A stretch of 64,000 nt of DNA from Malacoraja senta (taxonomy: Eukaryota), in assembly GCA_038087875.1 (NCBI GenBank), contig CM075980.1, positions 26,846,001 to 26,910,000 on the forward strand. The letters run 5' to 3'. Both the position numbers and the translations under genes were made by a program. Shown in pieces: positions 50,337 to 61,835 of this stretch (position 1 is its first letter; each line of letters begins with the position of its first letter). The notes beneath the pieces were generated by a model that saw only the letters and a list, made by a program, of their open reading frames with translations, was not told the origin of the DNA and made no database searches.

Positions 50337-51905
50337 ACCAAACAGTTTGGATTTTTGTGTTTCGCTAGGTCTTAAACTTTAAAAAAAAGGTGCTTAGTAT
50401 GTGTTAGATATTCATCACCACTTCTGTTATGATTGTACTCCTGATGTCTATCAAATTTAGGATCTAATATTGGATTATACATGCAAGAGGAATAACGTCT
50501 AATTACTGGGAAAAAAGTCTATTATGAGGATGTTTGGACTATATGCATTCTTTCAAGGTCCAGAAAAGATTAATTGACTTCATACAGTTTAAAGCATTTC
50601 TTATGATCAATTTAAGAGTTTAATGATTGTTTAAATTCTCCATTAACATTTACAGCATATTAATGCTATTACTTTGTCCTTTGGGCAATATGACTTCGAC
50701 CATCAGTGATCATTCTGGAAAAGGTGCAGAACGAGCTGCTGAATTATCCTGTTTGTTAATGTGGCCTCTCTGGAAAATTGGAATTGGCCATGGCTAAGGG
50801 GGAAAAAAAAAACTGAAGCCTCACACAAGCTATAAATATTTCATTTCATTTGTCTAATTTGTCAACACTCTGTGATTGACCTATTGACAGTGATGCTTAA
50901 AGGGTTGACAGATAGATGGAATTATGTATTGATGAAATAATTGATTGCTGCTTGCTTTGAAAAAAAAAAGAAGCAAACAGGTTCTGAGTTGGAGGTGGTT
51001 GTCTGGACATTTCTGATTTGGAACAGTCATTTAGATGCATCACAAGTGTGCAATTACAATAGCTCAGCAGCATAAAATGTTAACTCATTTGCAAAGCAAT
51101 AATTTTAATTATGAAATCTGTTTTAATATGCAGCAAATGACCCTATAGTTTTCCTTTAAATAAAACAATTAGATTTCCAATACATACACGCAATAAGGCA
51201 ATTACCTGCCTTTGATGGAATAGAAATGTTCATAATGCTAATCAGATTGTCAAACACACCCTACAAGTTTAACTTGTCGTCTACAGCAGTCAGAATAACC
51301 TACAATGTGTCCCTGTATATTATTTTTTGATCAGTAAGTTATCCTTATGGCAATTTTCATTACATCCCACACTTGTGAAAGTCAAAGTATAAATGATATA
51401 CAAATTGCAGTTCATTTTTTACATACCTTAAGGATGGAATTCTTCCTTTTATAAGAAATATGATGATGTTGTTTATGTCTCCATAATAAACAACCTTCGT
51501 ACAAATCGGAGGGAATGCGTAGATTTGACACGGACAATTCTGGAGAATCGTAGTAAATGAGCCATTTACAGAGCTGTTAGTTTTGGTGATTGGATGACAT
51601 GGGATTCGTGAAATCTTATTGGTATTTCAAGGGATCACATTTTGCGATATTTATTTATGCATGAAAACCTGCAAACCTGGGTCCCTTTCAAAATCATACA
51701 AAGAGGCTGTTTAAATGGCACTGACTGACCAGAATTCCAGTTTATTTTCATTACTTTGCTTTTAGTATTGTTATATGTAATTTTTGACTTTGCATTGTAC
51801 AATTCTGTTTGATTTCTCTGAACAACCAGTCACTAATTATGCAGAAAATAAGAGATTGTTTTCTTCTCCTTTAAAAGGAATAATGCTTTAAATTCCAATC
51901 TTTGA

Positions 51906-52208
51906 GGGTGGCACAGTGGTGCAGCGGTAGAGTCGCTGCCTTGCAACGCCAGAGACCTGTAGTCAATCCTGACTCCGGGCGCAGTCTGTACGGAGTTTGT
52001 ACGTTCTCCCTGTGACTGCGTGGGTTTTCTCCAGGTGCCACGGATTCCTCCCACACTCCAAAGATGGACTGGTTTGTAGGATAATTTGTAAACTGTTCCC
52101 AGTGTTTAGGATAGTGCTAGTGTACGGGGTGATCGCTGATTGGCGTGGAGTTGATGGGCTGCGTGGCCTTTTTCCCACTTTGTATCTCTAAAGTTTAAAG
52201 TCCAAAGT
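51906..52208 (+). mobile_element. HE1-like V-SINE
   Basis: Complete head, V-domain and tail. Confidence 0.9.
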
Positions 52209-52735
52209 CAGTGGCAAGCTGATATCTAGCCAATAAATGATAGTTTTAATAATAATCTTACCTGTCCATATATGTTAGGTTTGATAATATATTAATTGCA
52301 CAATTAACCAATACGAATGTAGATCCAACTGGTACAAAAGAAGCTAAAGACAACATTAGATCATAATATTGGTTAAGAAAGGATAGAAACTTAAAGTTGG
52401 GAAAACAGATTTGAGCAAAGTAGGACCAAGAATTTGATACAGAAATGAAATGTAGAACACAAGGATAATCTAGTAAGAGACTGCAAATGGTTGATAAATG
52501 TTCTAAAAGCAAAGGATTAACAGAAGTCACAGATGAATAGAGGCATATAGGCTATAGCACAGAATCACGCCTTTTTGCCCACTAAGTCTGTGCTGAACAT
52601 CAACCTCCCATTTACACTAATCCTACACAAATCCCATTTGTTAGACCCAAAAGATTTGGAGTGAATAAGAATCTGAAAGTAAGTAGCATTAACTAGAGAA
52701 ATGAATGGGGCAGAAAACCTGTGTCCAAGGGCACA

Positions 52736-52818
52736 GAGAGATGCAGCCTCACCCGCTGAGTTTCTCCAGCATTTTAGTCTACCTTCGATTTTCCAGCATC
52801 TGCAGTTCCTTCTTAAAT
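52736..52818 (+). mobile_element. Penelope-terminus insert (subfamily B, no core)
   Basis: gatgcagcctcacccgctgagtttctccagc..ccagcatctgcagttccttcttaaa. Confidence 0.8.
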
Positions 52819-53104
52819 ATCTTCAATGGAAGATCTTCTCATCTTCCAAAATGCCATAGACCAGTTAGCATGTAGTGAGGAGCAGGGNNNNNNNNNNNNN
52901 NNNNNNNNNNNNNNNNNNNNNNNNNNNNNNNNNNNNNNNNNNNNNNNNNNNNNNNNNNNNNNNNNNNNNNNNNNNNNNNNNNNNNNNNNNNNNNNNNNNN
53001 NNNNNNNNNNNNNNNNNNNNNNNNNNNNNNNNNNNNNNNNNNNNNNNNNNNNNNNNNNNNNNNNNNNNNNNNNNNNNNNNNNNNNNNTGGCTGAGATTTG
53101 TTTT

Positions 53105-53393
53105 TGGAGATGCAGTGTAGAAACAGGCCCTTCGGCCCAGCGAGTCCACGCCGACCAATGATCACTCATATTTCCCAGTATTGTATTTCCTACAAACCCA
53201 GGGAATTTACAGAGGGCCAATTAACCTACAAACCTGGACGTCTTTGGGATGTGGGAGGCAACCGGGGCACCCGGAGGAAACCCGCGGGATGACAGGGAGA
53301 ACGTACAAACGCCGTACAGACAGCACCCGAGGTCAGGATGAAACCTGGGCCTCTGCCGCTGTGAGGCAGCAGCTCCACCTCTGTGCCACCGTG
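53105..53393 (-). mobile_element. HE1-like V-SINE
   Basis: Complete head, V-domain and tail. Confidence 0.9.
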
Positions 53394-53976
53394 CAACACT
53401 GTTCATGGTTGTAACTGGCAGGATGGTTCACAAGAGAATCTAATGGATGGAGGGTATTTGAATCCTTGAGCAGCATTTGACAAGGTTCCATGTTGGTTAT
53501 TCCGTAAAACTAGGATAGTTCAGCAGATACAATACACAGTACCCTGTCCACGAATGAATCATACTGCGGCAGGGCATCACACCGAGTATTTGTTGTGAAA
53601 CTGACCACAGATTGACCATTACATGCACTGATTTTTCAGGCAACATAACTCAGGGACCCAAGCTTTGAAAGTAACATGACTTTTGTGAATTGGAAATTGT
53701 TGAATCCATTGATCTGCCTGCCAGGAAGTTTATGAAATATATTGGAGCTTGAGGATTCCGTGAGCAACTGAGTCAGTCATTTTCATTGACTTGTAAACAT
53801 GTACGAGATCATATTGTTAACTGCAGTTGTTCTAGTTCGATTCTGACAGTCTGCTCAATCATACTGCAGCACAAGTCCTGAGTCAGGGCCAGTGTGGAGT
53901 CATAACATGGGAATGGGAGATAGTGCCATCTTTCATGCGACAACATGTCTGAACTCTCATGATTCCTTAAACCAAT

Positions 53977-54710
53977 GGGTGGCATGGTGGCGCAGTGGTA
54001 GAGTTGCTGCCTAAAACCCCTGTCTCACGGTGCGAGCTGACCCACGAGGTACCCCGAACTTAAAACAAATTTAACCCATGGTAATCACATACGATTAATG
54101 TAGCGGGAACGTCGGAACTCGTGGACGCAACTTAGCGACTCGTGGCGCTAACGGCAGGTACCCGTGAAACTTGTTAACTCTTGAAAAAGTTCAAACATGT
54201 TTAAAGTTTTCCACGAGTAAAATGTACTCTTGAGGTTAAAAATGGAAACATTTAAACACGTTGTAAGAACGTAGTGGCCCGTGCGTTTACTTTAGTGACT
54301 CGTGAGTCTACCGTGGGAACTCTTTAACTCAGCGGGCAGGCAGCACCTCTGGAGAGAAGGAATGGGTGATGGGATGACATTTCCAAATTGGGGTGGGGGG
54401 GGAGGAGGGAGGAGGGGTGGAGGAGAGAGGGTGGAGAGTGGAGGGAGAGGAGGGGGAGACAGATGGGGTGTCTTCATTCACTGGCTGCGGGTGCCTGTCA
54501 CTGAAACAGGCAGGTGAGATTTCACATCCACCTTGTGTGTGTGTGTCTCTCTCTCCCTCCCTCCCTCTCACACAGGCTGAGAGACTGCCTCTGTGAGTGT
54601 ACGTCTCTTTCTCCCCCTTGTGTGTAGGATAGTGTTAGAGTGCGGGGATCGCTGGTCGGTGCGCACTCGGTGGGCAGAAGGGCCCGTTTCAGCGCTGTAT
54701 CGCTAAACAA
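53977..54710 (+). mobile_element. Composite: HE1 SINE head, truncated Harbinger-like MITE (54013-54320), Penelope terminus (54326-54383), G-rich tract, SINE tail
   Basis: Head ggtggcgcagtggtagagttgctgcc; aacccctgtctcac resembles the TIR at 40758; tail ggactcggtggg-like..gctgtatcgctaaac. Confidence 0.6.
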
Positions 54711-55185
54711 TGCCCACCTTGATGCCAGAATTATGGCTGGGCCCGACGTCCCCGGCAAGACTACTTTCTGCTGTCATCTGCTTTGCCTTGGCCGCTGGAG
54801 GTACTTGGTGTGAGCATTGAATGAGACCCTCCACCACTTTTGCTGCCATTAATGGGGCGGCAAGAGTCAGAGTTACAGATTAGAACCACACCAGAAGCAC
54901 CTCTCATGAACACTGCTGTGAGAGGACCAGGGTTATTGCTCACAGCAGCTCTTTTGGCTGCATTTAGCCTTTGGAGCCACCAGACGCAGGTAATCCTGAG
55001 GGAGTGATTCAGAGTTCCCATACCACCCACTGCCCTGCTGTCACGCAAGATGTGAGAGCAAAATCAAGGTGGCATCATGTTGGCCCATCAAGAATCATTG
55101 AGCAAGAGACATGCCTTGTGCCTGATCAGATAACGTGAGCTGTGATTACTGTTGACGTGGGGCATTGCAATGCCTCTTGAAAGGA

Positions 55186-55487
55186 GATCAAGTGGTGCAG
55201 CTGGCAGGGCTGCTGCTTCACAACACTAGAGGCCCGGGTTCGATCCTGACCTCGGGTGCTGTCTGTGTGGAGCTTGCACGATCGCGTTGGTTTCCTCCGG
55301 GTGCCACGGGTTCCTCCCACATCCCAAAGACTCGCAGGTTTTGTGGGTTAATTGGCCGGTGTAAATTGCTCCTTGTGGATGTGAAAGTACGATCACGTAG
55401 AACTAGTGTGAATGGCTGGTCGATGATCATCGTGGACTCGGTGGGCTGAAGGGCCTGTTTCCATGCTGTATCTTTCAATCAATCAAT
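55186..55487 (+). mobile_element. HE1-like V-SINE
   Basis: B-box ggttcgatcc, V-domain, tail ending in (tcaa)n. Confidence 0.9.
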
Positions 55488-55725
55488 AAAGATCGATCAG
55501 CAGGGCCGACAGATTCTGATTGTTGAGTCAGTTCCTCCCTCCGCAGAAGGTGCCACCAGAATCCTCAAAGAATCTCAGCTGGACCCCATAGACTGGACAG
55601 AGATGCACACATTAGCTGAAGGGAGGTTAATTAATGGGGCTGGCCTGTATGGCACTTGTGACTGCCTTCCTGAGAAATGCTGATTTTAAACAGATTATGT
55701 TGTTGTGAGACTCCATTAGAAGGTT

Positions 55726-55875
55726 TAAGAACGAACTGCAGATGCTGGAAAAATCAAAGATAGACAAAAATGCTGGAGGAACTCAGCGGGTGAGGCAGCA
55801 TCTATGGAGAGAAGGAATAGGCAACGTTTCGGGTCAAGACCCTTCGGGCCTCGACCCGAAACGTCGCCTATTCCT
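55726..55875. mobile_element. Penelope-terminus hairpin insert
   Basis: Perfect 15-bp TSD ctccattagaaggtt at 55711-55725 and 55876-55890. Confidence 0.9.
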
Positions 55876-57051
55876 CTCCATTAGAAGGTTGATTTCTTTG
55901 CACAATTAGCAATGCCGTGGTTCCTTATCTGGCAAATACAGTCTGCAGCAGCATTAAGAATGCAACACACCTGCATTCCTCGGGAACGACAGGCCCACGT
56001 GCCTTCTCTTTAATTAGCTACAATTTCAGTAATAACAAGCTCAACTTGCTTAATGCAAGTCTTCAGAAAATAAGCCATTTCCCCATTCAAGCAATTTGGC
56101 AGCATGTGCCAAACAGCTTTGAATATGTGTGTCATTCCATAGTGCTGAGATTACTCATCATTAACTTTGAAATAACAGCAGCTCTCAGAGCTAATGCACA
56201 GGATCAAGCATGCAAGTAAAATCACGCCTTGATACTGATGTTTAGGTTGTTTTAAAACTAAAATGTCCACATGACCAGTAATAAACATTTGCTTATACTC
56301 TGTCTCAACCCTCTAATATTATTTTTTTAAACAGTAAGGAAAAAAATTGTTTTCATTTTTTCTGACGTTGGTCACAAACCTGAGATTGTAAAGAAATCAG
56401 TGAAAACTTACATCTTGAAAGTATCATTGACATCAATTTGCTTTAAAAAAAAGATGTTTTGGAATGAAATCTGTCACCAGTTTGTTGCTATTCAGACATA
56501 CAAAGAAGGGACTATATTACACTGGAAAGATTACCCTGCACAATAGTCTGGGGTGAACCTAGAATCAGTGGAGTAACTACTTTAGAAATACTGAGAGCTA
56601 AATGACTGAAAAACTATGAACTGTTCCAATGCAGTCTGTCTGAGCACTCTGCGGTACAACTCCACAATTTTCTTCATTATGACTTGTATTTTATTACTAC
56701 AAGTCTTTTAAATCGCCTGAAAACCGTAAGTAAAAACTTACCTTCAGGTTTTTTACTTACCGGTTTGGAGGAGCTCTGCTCGCTCCAAACATCGGCACTT
56801 CGCTATGCGTCTGACGATATGACGCGTGTGCGGCTGGACGGGCTCTTCTTCACGTAGTCACTCACGTGACTCCGAAGTAAAATTGAACATTGATAGTAGC
56901 AGTAGTAAATTTTGGCTTAAAGTGCCTTGTGTCACTTTGAAATGGATGAGAAAAATGCCGTATTAAAGCACACCATTTTCTATCACAACCTCTGTGAAAA
57001 GAAGCTGGGTTGTCAAAGGTGAGCATCGCAGGAAAGTACTAGATTCCTCCT

Positions 57052-57380
57052 GTGTAGGAAGGAATTGCAGATGCCGGTTTAAACCAAAGATAGACACAAA
57101 ATGCTCTTCCAGTCCTTTATAAGATTAAGCCAGTTATCAAAACACAAAGTTAACAAACTCCATTTAATTCATTTGTTTTAATGTTCAAAGCCATAAGGAG
57201 GAATCTAATATTAGACACAAAATGCTGGAGTAACTCAGCAGGACGGCACCATTTCAGGAGAGAAGGAAAGGGTGACTTTTCGGGTCGAGACCCTTCTCAG
57301 CACGAAATGTCACCCGTTCTTTCTCTCCAGAGATGCTATGCCTGTCCTGCTGAGTTACTCCAGCATTTTGTGTCTAATAT
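57052..57380. mobile_element. Penelope-terminus hairpin insert with secondary inverted capture of flank
   Basis: 12-bp TSD tagattcctcct at 57040-57051 and 57381-57392. Confidence 0.85.
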
Positions 57381-57485
57381 TAGATTCCTCCTTATGGCTT
57401 TGAACATTAAAACAAATGAATTAAATGGAGTTTGTTAACTTTGTGTTTTGATAACTGGCTTAATCTTATAAAGGACTGGAAGAGC
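57103..57485. repeat. Perfect 142-bp inverted repeat (57103-57244 / 57344-57485)
   Basis: Arms compared base by base; no mismatch found. Confidence 0.95.
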
Positions 57486-58147
57486 TTGACCCTTTCAAAA
57501 TCTCCCTTTCTTCTAAAGCTTACAGAACCTCAGGCACGTGTAGCTTTGTGCCAAACGTAAGGCTCTGAGGTACCAGTGTTACCATCAGGGTAAAAACAAC
57601 TGAGAGGATCCACAGGGGAAATGAAAAGAACAAATCAACACAGGCTTCCTGTTGCTTCTTCAAATAGAAATATCAAACAAATACTTGATTAAAATAATAA
57701 TTTGCTTGCTTTATTCAGACAGCATCTGTGATGACTTCTTTCTATGAATATAACAGCAAGGAGCACAGCTCAGTAAGTACTTTAAGACGAACGCAGTCGC
57801 TCATTGTATAGGTTGAAATTTAAATAGAAACTAAATTCAAATTTTGCAAGATAGCCAGATTGTCATGCGTTTTATGGAATGGATATTTGTAGAATTAATG
57901 CAGTGGCGAACACTACGTTCATAAGTACTGTAACCTAGTTATGTCTAAACCATTCATTTTCATTTTGAACATCTAGGCATTATGTAATACTTCCTTGCAA
58001 AGGTAAACTATTACAGTGTTACATCCGATAAAACACAAAACAGTCGGGGTGAATCCTAATGTAGGATCAACTCTTGCCTCCCGTTCCCAATGACGAGCAT
58101 ATCTGTAATGAGAGTAAATTACTGAATGGTGTCGGTCATTATAAATC

Positions 58148-58282
58148 GTGCAGGAAGGAACTGCAGATGCTGGTTTACAAAGACGATAGACACAAACAGC
58201 TGGAGTAACTCCACGGGTCAGGCAGCATCTGTGGCGAGAAGGAATAGGTGACGTTTTGGGTCGGAAACCTTCTTCAGACCCC
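58148..58282 (-). mobile_element. Penelope-terminus insert
   Basis: Minus strand ggggtCTGAAGAaggtttccgacccaaaacGTCacct ... full tail. Confidence 0.85.
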
Positions 58283-58825
58283 TTGTGGATTTTCAATTCA
58301 ATTCAATGATACTTTATTGTCACATGTACCCAGGTACAGTGAAATGCTTTGTTTTGTATACAACCCGGTAAAAAACATGTAGAAGACCTCAGCTAAGCAG
58401 TACACAAGTGTTGCCATATTTTGGTGCTGACAATTGAATTGAATTGCACAGCCAGTGATGGGGCTGTTCGCTGGCTGCCTACGTCAGCTGGGTGCTAACC
58501 TCATGTGGCTACCACCACTTAAAGCCAATCTATGCTTCTTGAAGATACAATGTGGCTGTAGATGCTCGTGGCAGGTACTGAACTTAGTCGGGCCTGGGAG
58601 GCATTGAAGATTGGCATTTGTGCTCCAGGATTTTCCAATGTTGCTTGCAAGGAATTGTTACACTCTCCAGACCAACTCTGCGTAGATGGTAAGGGGCAGG
58701 TGGTTATGGTAGACAATGCCAAAGATTCAGCTCCAAAGACCTGGGACCAGTTCTTATAAAACGTGCAATGATCTCATGTGAGTCATTAATGCCTGTGATT
58801 GTATCATCAAATATCATATGGATTA

Positions 58826-59143
58826 ATCAATTGATTGATTGATTGAAAGATGCAGCATGGAAACAGGCCCTCCGGCCCACCGATTTCACACTGATCTCCA
58901 TTAACACTAATTCAATGTAATCCTATTTTTCATCAACTTTCTACACACTAGGAGGGAAATCTACAGTGGCCCAATTAACCTACCAACCTGCACATCTTTG
59001 GGATATGGGAGGAAACTGAAGCACCATGAGGAAACCATGTGGTCACAGGGAACACATGCAAACTCCCCACAGACAGCACCCGAGGTCAGGGTCAAACTCG
59101 GGTTTCTATTGTTGCGAGGCGGCATCTCTACCAATGTGCCACC
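58826..59143 (-). mobile_element. HE1-like V-SINE
   Basis: Tail (ttga)n, V-domain and head. Confidence 0.88.
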
Positions 59144-59670
59144 CTAAATATTCCATCCTAAGTTTCACCATGAGCTAATGCTCTAGATTGAGGCATGCAA
59201 CAAAACTCTTCATTCATCAGAACGCACACCAAACATTCTAGTTGACTTCACTCTCACACACTTGCCCCTGCTAATGGCCACACACACACACACACACACA
59301 CACACAACTCATAGCTTGCAGATGCTACTAGTGGGAATCTATTCAACTCAGGTTGTCTTCATCCCTGTACCAAGGTCACGCCAGCCTCTGTCACTATGTA
59401 GTAGAAATAAAGCCTGGAGAGCAGTAGGAATCACAGAGGGGATGAGAAGAAGGTCCTCCACCTGAAACGTCACCCATCCATGTCGTCCACGTTGAGGTTT
59501 ATTCAGGTTTATTCAGATTTATTATTCTCACGTGTACTGAGGTACAGTAAAAAGTGTGATCAGATATACCATTCGAGATTCGAGATTCGAGATTCGAGAT
59601 TCGAGATTCGAGATTCCTTTATTTGTCATGCATGACAAATTTGTCATACCATGCATAGAAACAATCAGTT

Positions 59671-61490
59671 CCTTCCGGTTGCATCATGAAGTGGTGAAGG
59701 TGCAGCATTGAACTCAGCTCCTGCTAAAATCGTGTAAAAAGACGTTTTTAAAGTCGGGACCGATTTAAAAACACCCACCGGGGCTGCTTGATGTTGTGGG
59801 AGTGACGAGACCCTCAGATGAGTAAAGGAAAACATCAACGGGGACCCAAGAAATCGACTATCAGAATCTTGCGGGAGGAAGACTTGGCAGCCCTCCAAAC
59901 AACAACTGAAAGCTCAGACGAAGAAGGTGATCCTCAACTAGCAGTATCTGAAATGGCTACAAAAGGAGATACAAAAGGGATAGAAAAGGAGAAAGAGATG
60001 AAACATAGAAACATAGAAATTAGGTGCAGGAGTAGGCCATTCGGCCCTTCGAGCCTGCACCGCCATTCAATATGATCATGGCTGATCATCCAACTCAGTA
60101 TCCCGTACCTGCCTTCTCTCCATACCCTCTGATCCCTTTAGCCACAAGGGCCACATCTAACTCCCTCTTAAATATAGCCAATGAACTGGCCTCGACTACC
60201 CTCTGTGGCAGAGAGTTCCAGAGATTCACCACTCTGTGTGAAAAAAAGTTCTTCTCATCTCGGTTTTAAAGGGATTTCCCCCCTTATCCTTAAGCTGTGA
60301 CCCCTTGTCCTGGACTTCCCCAACATCGGGAGCAATCTTCCTGCATCTAGCCTGTCCAACCCCTTAAGAATTTTGTAAGTTTCTATAAGATCCCCTCTCA
60401 ATCTCCTAAATTCTAGAGAGTATAAACCAAGTCTATCCAGTCTTTCTTCATAAGACAGTCCTGACATCCCAGAAATCAGTCTGGTGAACCTTCTCTGCAC
60501 TCCCTCTATGGCAATAATGTCCTTCCTCAGATTTGGAGACCAAAACTGTACGCAATACTCCAGGTGTTGTCTCACCAAGACCCTGTACAACTGCAGTAGA
60601 ACCTCCCTGCTCCTATACTCAAATCCTTTTGCTATGAAAGCTAACATACCATTCGCTTTCTTCACTGCCTGCTGCACCTGCATGCCTACTTTCAATGACT
60701 GGTGTACCATGACACCCAGGTCTCGCTGCATCTCCCCTTTTCCTAGTCGGCCACCATTTAGATAATAGTCTGCTTTCCTGTTTTTGCCACCAAAATGGAT
60801 AACCTCACATTTATCCACATTATACTGCATCTGCCAAACATTTTCCCACTCACCCAGCCTATCCAAGTCACATTGCAGTCTCCTAGCATCCTCCTCACAG
60901 CTAACACTGCCCCCCCCAGCTTAGTGTCATCTGCAAACTTGGAGATATTGCCTTCAATTCCCTCATCCAGATCATTAATATATATTGTAAACAGCTGGGG
61001 TCCCAGCACTGAGCCTTGCGGTACCCCACTAGTCACTGCCTGCCATTGTGAAAAGGACCCGTTTACTCCTACTCTTTGCTTCCTGTTTGCCAGCCAGTTT
61101 TCTATCCACATCAATACTGAACCCCCAATGCCATGTGCTTTAAGTTTATATACTAATCTCTTATGTGGGACCTTGTCGAAAGCCTTCTGGAAGTCCAGAT
61201 ACACCACATCCACTGGTTCTCCCCTATCCACGCTACTAGTTACATCCTTGAAAAATTCTATAAGATTCGTCAGACATGATTTACCTTTCGTAAATCCATG
61301 CTGACTTTGTCCAATGATTTCACCACTTTTCAAATGTGCTGCTATGAAGCAGTGGGAACAAACGGTAAGAGCTAATCTTACTAAAGATCTTACCACAGAT
61401 CTCATTAAGGAATTCTCCAAAATGCTTACTAGCATGAATAATAAACTGGAGAAGAAACAATCAGTTCAAACTCGTGCAATAGGTAGATAT
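59671..61490 (+). mobile_element. Probable L1-type 5' UTR and ORF1 N-terminus, split by the CR1
   Basis: Starts cttccggttg..; ORFs 59818 and 61314 join in frame (..EKEMK|[14 protein letters not shown]..) when the CR1 is removed; coiled-coil-like. Confidence 0.45.
60003..61343 (-). mobile_element. CR1/HER1 LINE, 5'-truncated, young, RT with a frameshift
   Basis: [44 protein letters not shown]; frameshift near the poly-C at ~60910; ATGAA duplicated at 59998-60002 and 61344-61348. Confidence 0.96.
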
Positions 61491-61561
61491 AGGGGGAAGA
61501 GGCATACTGCAGAATATTGTTCTCAGCATTGTGGCACATCAGTTCCAGACACAAAGTGTAG

Positions 61562-61835
61562 TTGAGTTTAGTTCAATTTATTGTCATGTGGACCGAGGTA
61601 CAGTGAAAAGCTTTTGTTGTGTGCTATCCAGTCAGTGGAAAGACAATATATGATAACAATTGAGCCATCCACAGTGTACCGATACATGATAAAAGGAATA
61701 ACGTGAATAACGTTTAATGCAAGATAAAGTCCAGTAAAGTCTGATGAAAGATAGTTGGCGGGAATGCAATGAGGTAGATAGTAGCTCAGGACTGCTCTCT
61801 AGTTGTTAGTAGGATGGTTCCGTTGCCTGACAATA
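61562..61835 (-). mobile_element. Rex1/Babar-like 3' UTR (related short ends at 21667-21955 +, 34310-34512 +, 58296-58430 -, 59495-59560 -, 62416-62850 -, 63941-64000 -)
   Basis: Shared terminus tttattgtca(c/t)(g/a)tg..aggtacagtgaaa with simple-repeat tails. Confidence 0.7.

Noticed and set aside
54730-55120. Coding exon or processed pseudogene (ORF 54761..55048; similarly 58450-58760)
   Set aside because: No recognisable protein, splice pattern or TE motif; left unassigned.
60255-61435. Functional reverse transcriptase gene
   Set aside because: 5'-truncated CR1 with a frameshift and no endonuclease or promoter.
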